A stretch of 64,000 nt of DNA, taken from positions 35,471 to 99,470 of the forward strand of contig CAZFYG010000003.1 in the NCBI GenBank assembly GCA_964523375.1, written 5' to 3'. Both the position numbers and the translations under genes were made by a program. The notes below the pieces were generated by a model. It was not told where the DNA came from. It made no database searches and was given only the letters and a program-made list of their open reading frames with translations. This DNA is from an uncultured Gammaproteobacteria bacterium. GTDB lineage: Bacteria > Pseudomonadota > Gammaproteobacteria > Magnimaribacterales > D2472. Positions 1-9,727 of the stretch are shown here, one piece after another (the first letter of the stretch is position 1; every line of letters begins with the position of its first letter).

Positions 1-187
1 GATTATCCATTGAATTTGTGCTGGCAGCATTTAGATCAATTATATGAAGATAATTAAAACCTTCATTCTTAAAATAGTTTGATTGTCTCAGTGGGGAAGA
101 TTCATACTTAGTAACTTTACCAAAATCACCTTTTAGCAACCTTACACAGCTACCATCAAGAATATCTATTGCAGGTATTATTTTCAT
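1..187 (-). CDS. hisA: HisA (ProFAR isomerase), 5' part, runs off the window edge; not in the ORF track
   Basis: Manual translation MKIIPAIDILDGSCVRLLKGDFGKVTKY...LHIIDLN matches the HisA N-terminus; ATG overlaps the hisH TGA (ATGA). Confidence 0.93.
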   Translation of the reverse strand, partial: MKIIPAIDILDGSCVRLLKGDFGKVTKYESSPLRQSNYFKNEGFNYLHIIDLNAASTNSMDN

Positions 188-756
188 GAGTCATTAATAA
201 AAAAATTTATAAAATTTATGCCAGCCTGTGATGATTTCTCAGGATGAAATTGACAACCATATAAATTATTTTTTTTTACAACTGCTGCAATAGTATTTAC
301 ATAATCTGTTGAAGCTATTTCATTCTCAGGGCTCATAACACCGTAGCTATTTGCATAATAATAGTAGCCACAAATCTCTTTATATTTTGAATTTACATAA
401 TTCCAACCCATATGTGGAATAGGGTGCTCATAGGTACTTTTTAACTTTTCTACTTTGCCTTTCAGTAAACCCAAGCAGCATGTATCTCCCTCTTGAGAAT
501 GTTCAAATAAAACTTGCATACCAACACAAATACCAAGAATGGGCTTATTAAAGCTCTTTAAGAGAACATCCAAGCTATTTTCATTTAGTTTTTTCATAAC
601 AATATCAGAAGCCCCAACACCTGGAATGATAAGTTTATCTGCTCTTTCAAGCTCGCATGCATCATTAGATATTATAGAATCAATCCCAAGTCTATTAAGC
701 GAAAATTTAATTGAATTCAAGTTTGCTCCACCGCAGTCAAGTATGCCTATTTTCAT
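184..756 (-). CDS. hisH: Imidazole glycerol phosphate synthase glutaminase subunit
   Basis: Class I glutamine amidotransferase motifs PGVG, GICVGMQ and QFHPEKS; his operon context. Confidence 0.97.
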   Translation of the reverse strand: MKIGILDCGGANLNSIKFSLNRLGIDSIISNDACELERADKLIIPGVGASDIVMKKLNENSLDVLLKSFNKPILGICVGMQVLFEHSQEGDTCCLGLLKGKVEKLKSTYEHPIPHMGWNYVNSKYKEICGYYYYANSYGVMSPENEIASTDYVNTIAAVVKKNNLYGCQFHPEKSSQAGINFINFFINDS

Positions 757-2618
757 ATATGACCTTTTGTAGAATTGATTGCTGAATCATCAATTAATAG
801 AGATGACGCGAGACACCTAGCAAAGCTTTTAAAGGTTGATTCAATAACATGATGGCTATTCTTGCCACTTGTGGTTATATGGCAATTAAAACCCAAGGTA
901 TGGACGAATGAAATAAAAAAATGCTCAAACATTTCAGTTGGAAAATCCCCAACATAAGGTTTCATTTTTGGAGCCGAGAAAGTTAAATTAGGTCTTGATG
1001 CCATATCTATTGAAACAACAGATTTTGCTTCATCCATAACCAGCGTTTCAATAGAAGAATATCTTTTGATATTATTTCTATTAGGCAATGCTTTTTTGAA
1101 TGCTTCTCCAAGTGTAATCGCTACATCTTCGATTGTATGATGCTCGTCAATCTCTAAATCACCAACTGCCTCTATCATAAAATCAAACTTACCATGCTTT
1201 GAAAATTGCTCTAGCATGTGATCAAAAAAACTTAACCCAGTATTAATTGAAAATGAACCTGAGCCATCAATATTAATATTCGTATAAATTTTTGTTTCAT
1301 TTGTAAATCTTGAGACAAAAGAGCTCCTATGCTCATCTTTACAATCAATAATCTCTTTTCTAACCTTTACAGCATTGCTGTGTGCATCTAGACCTTCTGC
1401 TTCTGCAAGAGTAATCACGTGATTTGAGAGCTCATTAAAACCCTCTATTGACGAGGTTTGGACTGTTATAGATTTTGTAAAATCTTTTACTGACAAACCT
1501 GAATAAGATTTAGCAAAACCATTTGTAGGAAGTGTGTGATTTGAACCAGACGCATAATCTCCAAAGGATTCAGGGCTAAGCTCGCCCAAGAATATTGACC
1601 CAGCATTGAGTATTTTCGGTAGAAGAGATGTTAAATTTGTATCAGGTATTATTAAATGCTCGGGTGCATTCTCATTTGAAAAATTAATAAGATCATCTAT
1701 ATTTTCAAAATTAATTAATACCAAATTATTTATACTTTCTTTTAGTATGTTCTGTCTAGCTAGGCCCTTGAGTTGTTTTTTAACTTCAACTTTCACATTC
1801 TCTAAAAGATGTTTATTTAGACTCAAAAGTACAGCTCTTGAATCAGAGCCATGCTCTAGTTGAGAGAGAAGATCTGCAGCTATAATTCTAGTATTTTTAA
1901 TTTCATTCGATATTATAAAAACTTCACTTGGTCCTGCGGGCATATCTATACATACATCTGCAGAAACTATTTTTTTTGCTGCTGTAACGTATAAATTTCC
2001 TGGACCAAAAATCTTATCAACTTTTGCTATGGACTCTGTTCCATTTGCTAAAGCAAAAATTGCTTGTGAACCTCCAATCTTATAAATATTTGTAATATTT
2101 AATATATAACATATCCATAATATAGCCTGATTTATTGACTCATCTTCATTTGGTGGAGTGCATACATATATATTTTTACAACCTGCAACTTTTGCAGGAA
2201 TAGCCTGCATTAACAATGAGCTAAAAAGAGGGGCAGAGCCTCCAGGGATGTACAGACCAACTCTATCTATAGGTCTAATTTCAGACCATAATGAAATTCC
2301 TCTAGTTGTATCTTCTGAAGAAAGTTTAAGTGATTGATATTGTCTTTTTGCATAACTTTCAATATTAGCTTTTGCAATTAAAATAGAAGATTTAAGACCC
2401 TCATCAAGATTACGATCTGCTTTTAAAATTTCTTCTTTAGACACTTTAAATTCAAGAGGTGAACTTAGTCCTATAAGCTCATTTACTTTTCTTAGCCCTT
2501 TATCTCCTTCTTGTTTTACAAGTGACTCATAATTTAAAACTTTCGAAAACTCATCTTTAGGTAATTCCTGAAGAGTCTTTTTTAAGACAAATTTTTTGTC
2601 ATAATTAACAATATTCAT
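753..2618 (-). CDS. hisD/hisB: Fusion of histidinol dehydrogenase (aa ~1-420) and imidazoleglycerol-phosphate dehydratase (aa ~431-621)
   Basis: HisD motifs GLYIPGG, FGPGN, DMPAGPSEV, SQLEHG, APEHL, GDYASGSNH; IGPD motifs FFDHML, DEHHTIED, NSHHVIE; one uninterrupted frame. Confidence 0.93.
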   Translation of the reverse strand: MNIVNYDKKFVLKKTLQELPKDEFSKVLNYESLVKQEGDKGLRKVNELIGLSSPLEFKVSKEEILKADRNLDEGLKSSILIAKANIESYAKRQYQSLKLSSEDTTRGISLWSEIRPIDRVGLYIPGGSAPLFSSLLMQAIPAKVAGCKNIYVCTPPNEDESINQAILWICYILNITNIYKIGGSQAIFALANGTESIAKVDKIFGPGNLYVTAAKKIVSADVCIDMPAGPSEVFIISNEIKNTRIIAADLLSQLEHGSDSRAVLLSLNKHLLENVKVEVKKQLKGLARQNILKESINNLVLINFENIDDLINFSNENAPEHLIIPDTNLTSLLPKILNAGSIFLGELSPESFGDYASGSNHTLPTNGFAKSYSGLSVKDFTKSITVQTSSIEGFNELSNHVITLAEAEGLDAHSNAVKVRKEIIDCKDEHRSSFVSRFTNETKIYTNINIDGSGSFSINTGLSFFDHMLEQFSKHGKFDFMIEAVGDLEIDEHHTIEDVAITLGEAFKKALPNRNNIKRYSSIETLVMDEAKSVVSIDMASRPNLTFSAPKMKPYVGDFPTEMFEHFFISFVHTLGFNCHITTSGKNSHHVIESTFKSFARCLASSLLIDDSAINSTKGHI

Positions 2619-3484
2619 TAGCTTAGTACCTTTTCCACTGGTAGCACCAATATAGATGAAGCCCCATTTGCTTTAAGTTCTTCCATAGTCCCCCAAAAAA
2701 CTGGTTCTTGGCATAAAGAATGAATGGCAACCTTGTCTTTATTTTCAAGAGGAATTATCGTTGGAGACTCAGAGCCAGGCAATAATTTGCATATCTTATC
2801 AACATTGCCGAGTGGGGCATTCAACATTACATACTTACTTTCTCTTGCATTAATAACACCCTTTATTCTATTTGTTAATGTATCAGCTAATTTAAGTTTA
2901 CTTTTCTTAATGTTGTTATTTGATATTAAAACAGCCTCTGAATGCATTATGGTGTCTAGTTCTTTTAAATTATTTGCTTCAAGAGTTGCGCCTGAAGATA
3001 CTAAATCACATATACAGTCACATATTCCTATGTGCGGCATCAATTCAACAGACCCATGGATGTCTGAAACATTTGCATTTATAAAATTTTTATTTAGGTA
3101 ATTTTGAACAATGTTTGGATATGATGTTGCAATTTTCATATCTTTTAAGGATTCAAAATTTACTCCCTCAGGAATGGCAAAAGAAAGCCTGCATTTTGAA
3201 AAACCAAGTTTTAACAAAGTACTTATTTGGTTTAAATTTTTTGAAAGTGTTTTTTCAAGTAATTCATTTTGACCAATTATTGCTAGATCGGCGTCACCGT
3301 TATTAACTAAATTAGGGATGTCATCATCACGAACAAATAATATATCTACAGGAAAAGAATTAGATTTTATTAAAAGCTTACTGTCTCTTGTTTGAAATTT
3401 AACGCCAGATTTTTTTAGTACTTCCTGGCTTTCATTAGAAAGTCTTCCACTTTTTTGCAAAGCAATTGTTAATCTATCTTTCAT
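2618..3484 (-). CDS. hisG: ATP phosphoribosyltransferase, long form
   Basis: IALQKSGRL, VRDDDIP, ICDLVSSGATLEANNL plus C-terminal regulatory domain (LLPGSESPTI). Confidence 0.97.
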   Translation of the reverse strand: MKDRLTIALQKSGRLSNESQEVLKKSGVKFQTRDSKLLIKSNSFPVDILFVRDDDIPNLVNNGDADLAIIGQNELLEKTLSKNLNQISTLLKLGFSKCRLSFAIPEGVNFESLKDMKIATSYPNIVQNYLNKNFINANVSDIHGSVELMPHIGICDCICDLVSSGATLEANNLKELDTIMHSEAVLISNNNIKKSKLKLADTLTNRIKGVINARESKYVMLNAPLGNVDKICKLLPGSESPTIIPLENKDKVAIHSLCQEPVFWGTMEELKANGASSILVLPVEKVLS

Positions 3485-3753
3485 TATTTTATTCTCTTTA
3501 TAATTGTTTTGTAGCCATCGTTTTGCTCATTCGAAAGGAATCTTGCAACACGAGTAACTGTTGTGGTGCTTGTCTTTAGCTTGTCTGCAATTTCTCTATA
3601 AGAGAACTCATTTTTGCTAAGTGTTTGAGCAACAGACCATCTTTCATTTAAAGCTTTTAGTTCTGCTGGAGTACATAGGTCTGTTAAAAATTTGCTAACT
3701 TCTTTTTCGTTTTTTAAAAGAAGTAATGCATTCGATAAGGGTAGTGTTTTCAT
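3484..3753 (-). CDS. TrpR-like YerC/YecD family regulator heading the his operon
   Basis: FLTDLCTPAELKALNERWSVAQ...SYREIADKLKTSTTTVTRVARFL is the YerC/TrpR helix-turn-helix signature. Confidence 0.9.
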   Translation of the reverse strand: MKTLPLSNALLLLKNEKEVSKFLTDLCTPAELKALNERWSVAQTLSKNEFSYREIADKLKTSTTTVTRVARFLSNEQNDGYKTIIKRIK

Positions 3754-3760
3754 GCGTGAT

Positions 3761-3789
3761 AGTGTATTACCATGCTAACACGATGTAAA
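3761..3789 (-). promoter_or_regulatory. Putative sigma70 promoter of the yerC-his operon, probably leaderless
   Basis: Minus strand TTTACA(3789-3784)-N17-TACACT(3766-3761), 7 nt before the ATG at 3753; no Shine-Dalgarno. Confidence 0.6.
3764..3781. promoter_or_regulatory. Candidate operator for the YerC/TrpR-like repressor
   Basis: Imperfect palindrome GTATTACCATGCTAACAC (7 of 9 pairs) overlapping the promoter spacer and -10. Confidence 0.45.
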
Positions 3790-3793
3790 GATA

Positions 3794-4807
3794 TTATTTT
3801 CTATTGATAATTGATACTAATTCTAAATGCTGTGTATTCACAAATTGATCAAAAAAATGCAATTTAGAAATCTCAAAGCCTTTTAATAATTTCATATCCC
3901 TGACAAATGTATCAACATTGCATGAAATATAAAGAATATTATCAAATGTCTTTGCTAGCTCAATGACATCATTAGTTAAGCCAGATCTTGGTGGGTCTAG
4001 AAGAATATGTGAAAAATTATATTCTTGAAGATCTATGTCTTTTAGTCTTCTAAAAGTTTGCCCACTAATAGCTTTCATCACTTCATCACAAGATAACCTA
4101 GCATAATTAATATTAGATACATTATTTTTTTCAATAGCGCTATCAAGGCACATTATAGATTTTCTATTATTTTCAGTTGCAAATATTTTAGTAAAAATAC
4201 CTGAAAGTGGAATAGTAAAGGTTCCACACCCACAATATAACTCTAATAAATCATGGGGATTCTCAACCATATCACAGACTAAATTAACCATACGAGGAAC
4301 CATGAATCTATTTGGCTGAAAAAACGTTTGATCTGTTTGAAATAAAGAATAAGGTTTTTTTGAGCAAATTATCTCCTCAAGCAAATCATCTGTAGACGAA
4401 AAATATTTTTTTTTGCTGCGTAAAATTAAGTGTATATCAAGCATAGAACTTATCTTTTTTAGCGATTCGAAAAGATCATTTGTAGCTTCCTTGTGATAGA
4501 TAAAAGTTACCATCACTTTGTTTTTGTTGTTGCATCTAAAGTTAATTTGAAATAATTTATGCTTAATAAGCTCAACTTTGTTAATTTCAGCTAACAATTT
4601 TGGCATTAATTTATTTATTGCCGGGTGGGCTATATTAAAATATTTAAGAAAAACTTTATTGCCATTTTCAACCATGGTGTAATGATCATTTCTATATCCA
4701 AATTCACACCTTGATCTAAATCCAGTAGATGGGCTTAAATTATATTTAGGAATAACATCACTTATGGTAGAAATTAGCGCAGCAGCTTCTGTATATTTAT
4801 CTGTCAC
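3794..4807 (-). CDS. trmA: tRNA/tmRNA (uracil-C5)-methyltransferase
   Basis: FRSRCEF, FFQPN, LLELYCGCGTF, LDPPRSG, YISCN. Confidence 0.92.
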   Translation of the reverse strand: MTDKYTEAAALISTISDVIPKYNLSPSTGFRSRCEFGYRNDHYTMVENGNKVFLKYFNIAHPAINKLMPKLLAEINKVELIKHKLFQINFRCNNKNKVMVTFIYHKEATNDLFESLKKISSMLDIHLILRSKKKYFSSTDDLLEEIICSKKPYSLFQTDQTFFQPNRFMVPRMVNLVCDMVENPHDLLELYCGCGTFTIPLSGIFTKIFATENNRKSIMCLDSAIEKNNVSNINYARLSCDEVMKAISGQTFRRLKDIDLQEYNFSHILLDPPRSGLTNDVIELAKTFDNILYISCNVDTFVRDMKLLKGFEISKLHFFDQFVNTQHLELVSIINRK

Positions 4808-4977
4808 AAAAAATACCTTGTAATCATTACAATTGAGCCAATAAAGGCAATGTTTAGTATTAAAAAAAGTAATATTAATTTTGATAAAGTAAAATTAGCT
4901 AAATCATCTTTCAGATCATTCCTATTTCTTACTCCTAGTAAGCCATATATAATTCTTTTAAACCACATAAACCTATT

Positions 4978-5571
4978 ATGACAAAAATAATAAACATTAC
5001 TAAGAGCGGTGAAGAATATTTATCAAAACTTTTGATTGATAAGGGTGAGCCTAATCTGTCAATTAGAATTTTCATCTCAGATCCTGGAACCCCAAAAGCA
5101 GAAACTTGCCTCGCTTATTGCAAAGAAGATGAGGTTATAGCTGATGACTTTATAATGAATCTAGATTTAATTACAGTGTACGTTGATAAAAGAAGTATTC
5201 CATTTCTAGAGGACTCCGAAGTTAATTTTGACACTGATAATTTTGGTGGTCAACTAACAATAAAGGCTCCTAATGCAAGACTTCCAAATATTTCTCCTGA
5301 TAGCCCTGTTGAAGATAGAATAAATTATGTAATTTATAATGAAATTAACCCAATGCTTGAATCCCATGGGGGCGATGTATCACTTTCAAAATTTACAGAG
5401 GAGGGTGTGGCTGTCCTGCAATTTGGTGGCGGATGTCAGGGTTGCGGTATGGTTGATGTTACGCTCAAAGATGGTATTGAAAAAACCTTGCTTGAACAAG
5501 TGCCTGAAGTGAAATCAGTCCAAGATATAACTGATCACTCAATAGATGATAATGCCTTTATGAAAGCCTAA
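4978..5571 (+). CDS. nfuA: Fe-S biogenesis protein NfuA
   Basis: A-type carrier-like N-domain (PGTPKAETCLAYC) plus Nfu domain FGGGCQGC. Confidence 0.96.
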   Translation: MTKIINITKSGEEYLSKLLIDKGEPNLSIRIFISDPGTPKAETCLAYCKEDEVIADDFIMNLDLITVYVDKRSIPFLEDSEVNFDTDNFGGQLTIKAPNARLPNISPDSPVEDRINYVIYNEINPMLESHGGDVSLSKFTEEGVAVLQFGGGCQGCGMVDVTLKDGIEKTLLEQVPEVKSVQDITDHSIDDNAFMKA

Positions 5572-5574
5572 CTG

Positions 5575-6411
5575 CTATGTGTCTTCGCTTATGTGAAGAA
5601 TAACTCCAAATCGAGGGTGATCAAAATAGTGAACGTCATTATGAAAAACTCTTCTTTTCTCATCTATATATATTTTTACCTCAACATCACTTTTTTTATC
5701 ATAAATGGTTTGAGAATCATCAATGTTTAATTTTGCGTAATCATTTTTTTCATTTAATGTTATTTTTATATCTTGATTCTTATTTTCAACATTTAATTGT
5801 CTATAGCTAAAAGAGTCTATGTAGGTTTCTGTGAAGTCTGATTTGAATAGTTTTTTGTTAGGTAGTGTTCCAAGATAGGCTTTCAAGTCCACATGAAGAA
5901 ACCTCCCTTTATATAATTTTATTAAAAAACCATATTTTTTATTTTGATTTTCATATTCTAAAAATTTTGAAAAATTTTCTGATGGAATATTTTGTTTCCA
6001 TGATAAAGATTCTAAGTGCTTGTAATTATTTGAGTTAATCAGGCTAGTTTCATACTTCTTTAATATAGTCAGATTTGATTTTTTTCGAAACCATTCCTTT
6101 GGATTTGATGTTTTTTTATCTACTGATTCTTTATTTAAAACATCTCTATTAATATTTAAATCAGCAAATAACTTAGTGAAAAACGATTCCTTATTTTTTA
6201 TATTGAATGAGTTCTTATTATAAAAAAGATCGACTTCTCTGAATTTTAATACTTCATCTACTTCAATCTTAAATTCTTTCTCAAAAATTTCTTTAGTTTC
6301 AACATTTTTATTCTCAAAAATAATTAACTCTATGTTGTATGACATAGATAGATTTGAGCCTACTGACTGAAGCGATAGAAATAAAATAAGAATTTTTTTA
6401 AAATAATTCAT
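5575..6411 (-). CDS. CsiV-like periplasmic protein
   Basis: N-terminal signal peptide, YNIELIIFE start, C-terminal RRV...HYFDHPRFGVIL motif; typical position downstream of mfd. Confidence 0.7.
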   Translation of the reverse strand: MNYFKKILILFLSLQSVGSNLSMSYNIELIIFENKNVETKEIFEKEFKIEVDEVLKFREVDLFYNKNSFNIKNKESFFTKLFADLNINRDVLNKESVDKKTSNPKEWFRKKSNLTILKKYETSLINSNNYKHLESLSWKQNIPSENFSKFLEYENQNKKYGFLIKLYKGRFLHVDLKAYLGTLPNKKLFKSDFTETYIDSFSYRQLNVENKNQDIKITLNEKNDYAKLNIDDSQTIYDKKSDVEVKIYIDEKRRVFHNDVHYFDHPRFGVILHISEDT

Positions 6412-9400
6412 TTAATAATTTTATTATTTTATCTCTTCGAAGCGACCCATTGGGCTCATTTATTTTTATGTTGAACCTGTTTTTATCATCAAATGAATAA
6501 ATTGATTGATTTGTTTTTATAAGTTCCAGCAATTTAAGTATTGTTTCGTCACTGATGGCTTCGCTTAGCTGGATAGAGGTGATTTCATTAGTTGATGTTA
6601 ATTTAGGCATGCTTAGATCTGCTATTAATTGGTTAATCGTAGCATTCTTTAGTAAGTTGCTTGTTTCACGAGGGATTCTGCCACAAGTATCTTCAAGAAA
6701 AAATTTAATTTTTTGAATATCTTTATGAGAATCTACATCATAAATAAGCTTATAAATTTTTAACCTTTCAATAGTCGATGGCATATAAATATTACTTATA
6801 AAGGCTGAATCAAAGAAATTTACATCAGTTTTTATAATCTCTTTTTTTGTGTCATTTTTTTCAAGTTTTATAGCAGACTTGAGCATCGAAAGGTATAGTG
6901 AAAGACCAATAGACGCAATATGACCGCTTTGTTTATCACCAAGGATTTCTCCTGAACCTCGAAGCTCCATATCTTCTTGTGCTATGAAATAACCTGAGCC
7001 TAACTTTGATAACCTGACTATAGACTCTAACCTTTCTGATGCTAGCTTTGGTATGACCACATCCGGTATTAGGAAGTAACAGTAACCTTGTTTATTAGAT
7101 CTTCCTATTCTTCCCCTAAGCTGATGTAGTTGTGCTAATCCAAGCTTATGAGAATCTTCAATAATCATTGTATTTGCATTTGGTATATCAAGTCCCATTT
7201 CAACAATTGTTGTGCAAATAAGAATATCTACTTCACCAGAACTAAAGCCATCCATTACACTAGCAATATCTTTTTTATTTAATTGACCATGAGCAATTCC
7301 AATTTTGATTCCAGGTATCAATGTTTGTAATGTGATTTTTAAACCATGCATTTTGCTTATATTGTTCTGCAAAATAAAACACTGTCCTCCTCTTTGTATT
7401 TCACGCGATATTGATTCTTTTAAAATTGTATTATCAGATATTTTAAGAAATGATTTTATAGAAAGCCTGTTAACTGGTGGACTGTTTAAAAAAGAGAAGT
7501 CTTTTAGTCCAGAAAATACAAAATTCATTGTTCTTGGTATTGGTGTTGCGGATAAATAAAGTATATGAATATTATCTTGCTTAGATTTGATTAGATCCTT
7601 TTGCTTTATGCCAAACCTATGCTCTTCGTCAACAACCAAAAGACCTGTATTTGAATAATCTATATCTTGATTAAAAATAGCATGAGTACAAACAAGAATA
7701 TCAATTTCTTTATTATTATATTTTTCAACTAATTCTTTTCTATTTTTTAAGCTAATGTGTCTATTTAATAAAGATACGCTTATTGGTGACTCTTTAAATC
7801 TGTCAGTAAATGATTCAAGGTGCTGTTTAGCAAGAATTGTACTTGGACAAAGCACTATTGCTTGTTTTTCAGAGTAAACACTTATAAATGCGGCTCTCAT
7901 TGCAACTTCAGTTTTACCAAAACCCACGTCTCCACAAATAAGCCTATTCATAGGCTTTATTAAACTTAAATCTTTACGAATTGAATCTATAGCAATTAGC
8001 TGATCTTTTGTCTCGTTGTAAGGAAAATATGAATTAAATTTATTAAAATCATCATCACTAACTTTAAGGCTGGGTGATGATGATCTAGCTCTTCTAGATT
8101 CTATATCTAATATCTCTGCGGCATGATCATGCGCTTGCTTTAAAGCCTTTTCTTTCTTTTTAGTCCATTTGTTCGAGGAAATTGAATCGAGCTGAATATC
8201 TGTTAAGAGTCTAGATTTATGATATTTTGAGAGCAAGTTAATATTGCGCAAAGGAACATACAAATTTTCATTTTCAATATACCGTATTTTTACGTATTCA
8301 TTCGTAACATTATTTGTTTCAACAACTTCTAGTCCGTCATAAACTCCAAGTCCATATTTCTCATGTACTACTAAATCATTTTTATTAAAGGGATTAAGAT
8401 CAATAATATCTGTCTCAGAGGTTTCCTGCACATCATTTACAATTTCTTTTTCTATATTAGGTTCTATGTGCACTACTAAAATTTCATTACGATAGGCTAG
8501 AGGTCTTATTCTTGGGTGTTTTGCAAAATAAACACCATCATTTAAATCATTTAGTTGGCCGTCCAGCTCTTTTAAAGGGATATTACTGTCTTCTTGTAGC
8601 TTATTAATGCTAGATGCAATATTAGAAAGTAGGATAACTTTATTGAAATTAGTTAGTGACTTCGATAGATTGGTATTTAAATTTTTTAGATCAAAGCTAT
8701 AGTCACTATAATTATTATCTATTTTAAAGACAGGTAAATTTTCTATGAAATTATTTACTTCTGAATCATTAAAAAAAAGATCCTTCGGGTTTATTAATGG
8801 CCTAGAGATGTCAATGTCCTCATCATTAAATCGTTGATTAATATATTCAAAATGTGATGAGCTAGTCAGTTCTGTTTTTAAAAATTCATATTCAGAAAAT
8901 ATATCCTTAAATGCCTGAGTAGTCTCAAAAAAGAATGGTAAGTAAATTTCAAGCCCCTCGGTCTCTTTACCATTGGATACTTTGTTAAAAATAGTGCAGT
9001 CTCTTTCATCTTTTTTATCAAAATATTTCCTCCATTTTGATTTAAATAGCTCTATGGAAGGAGTATTTCTTGGTATCAACGAACCATTGCTTAAATTAAA
9101 TGTTTTGATAGAAGAGAGTGATGATTGTGTTTTTTCATCAAAGAACCTTATTGATTCTATTGTTGTATCAAAGAATTCAATTCTAATTGGTGATTTATAT
9201 ATCGGTGTATAAACGTCAACAATCCCACCTCTATGTGCGTACTCATTTGTATACTCAACTTTATCTTTCCTCTTAAAATTATTTGAATCAAGTATCTTTA
9301 AAAAATCATTTATGTTGATTTGATCGTTTTCTGAGAAAGTTGAAAGTGATTTGAAATGAGATATTGGTGGTAATTTCTCATATAAATTTTTAGTTGTTGT

Positions 9401-9673
9401 TATAACAATTGATTTTTCTTTCATCCTATTAAGGATAGTAAACCTCTCCTTTATAATATTCTGAGGTGTTGAAAAATGGTCATATGGAAGAACCTCACTT
9501 TCTGGAAATATATAAACCTCATTGGGATTTAAATACAGGCTTAGCTCATTGAATAGTGTTTTTGATGCTTTTACATCATCCACGATAACGCATAATGATT
9601 TATGGCTGAGTTGATATTTATTGCACAATGCATGTGCAAAGCTGTGGTCTTTGGCTTTATTAAAATTTGTCAT
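6398..9673 (-). CDS. mfd: Transcription-repair coupling factor (start moved from 9709 to the ATG at 9673)
   Basis: UvrB-like N-terminus (FPESEVLPYD, RGGIVDVY), GDVGFGKTEVA, DEEHRFG, QLRGRIGR; the 9709 start would overlap the divergent promoter region. Confidence 0.95.
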   Translation of the reverse strand: MTNFNKAKDHSFAHALCNKYQLSHKSLCVIVDDVKASKTLFNELSLYLNPNEVYIFPESEVLPYDHFSTPQNIIKERFTILNRMKEKSIVITTTKNLYEKLPPISHFKSLSTFSENDQININDFLKILDSNNFKRKDKVEYTNEYAHRGGIVDVYTPIYKSPIRIEFFDTTIESIRFFDEKTQSSLSSIKTFNLSNGSLIPRNTPSIELFKSKWRKYFDKKDERDCTIFNKVSNGKETEGLEIYLPFFFETTQAFKDIFSEYEFLKTELTSSSHFEYINQRFNDEDIDISRPLINPKDLFFNDSEVNNFIENLPVFKIDNNYSDYSFDLKNLNTNLSKSLTNFNKVILLSNIASSINKLQEDSNIPLKELDGQLNDLNDGVYFAKHPRIRPLAYRNEILVVHIEPNIEKEIVNDVQETSETDIIDLNPFNKNDLVVHEKYGLGVYDGLEVVETNNVTNEYVKIRYIENENLYVPLRNINLLSKYHKSRLLTDIQLDSISSNKWTKKKEKALKQAHDHAAEILDIESRRARSSSPSLKVSDDDFNKFNSYFPYNETKDQLIAIDSIRKDLSLIKPMNRLICGDVGFGKTEVAMRAAFISVYSEKQAIVLCPSTILAKQHLESFTDRFKESPISVSLLNRHISLKNRKELVEKYNNKEIDILVCTHAIFNQDIDYSNTGLLVVDEEHRFGIKQKDLIKSKQDNIHILYLSATPIPRTMNFVFSGLKDFSFLNSPPVNRLSIKSFLKISDNTILKESISREIQRGGQCFILQNNISKMHGLKITLQTLIPGIKIGIAHGQLNKKDIASVMDGFSSGEVDILICTTIVEMGLDIPNANTMIIEDSHKLGLAQLHQLRGRIGRSNKQGYCYFLIPDVVIPKLASERLESIVRLSKLGSGYFIAQEDMELRGSGEILGDKQSGHIASIGLSLYLSMLKSAIKLEKNDTKKEIIKTDVNFFDSAFISNIYMPSTIERLKIYKLIYDVDSHKDIQKIKFFLEDTCGRIPRETSNLLKNATINQLIADLSMPKLTSTNEITSIQLSEAISDETILKLLELIKTNQSIYSFDDKNRFNIKINEPNGSLRRDKIIKLLNELF

Positions 9674-9727
9674 TGATTGTGTATAATGTTCACCTATTTT
9701 ATCAATCAATTAATACAAAAGGGAATA

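Noticed and set aside
3754-3793. Histidine attenuator or leader peptide
   Set aside because: No His-codon run and no terminator hairpin; the region is only 40 bp.
9674-9727. Overlapping extended starts of mfd (9709) and the acyl-CoA dehydrogenase (9677)
   Set aside because: Longest-ORF artefacts; the ATGs at 9673 and 9728 leave a 54-bp divergent promoter region containing TATAAT.
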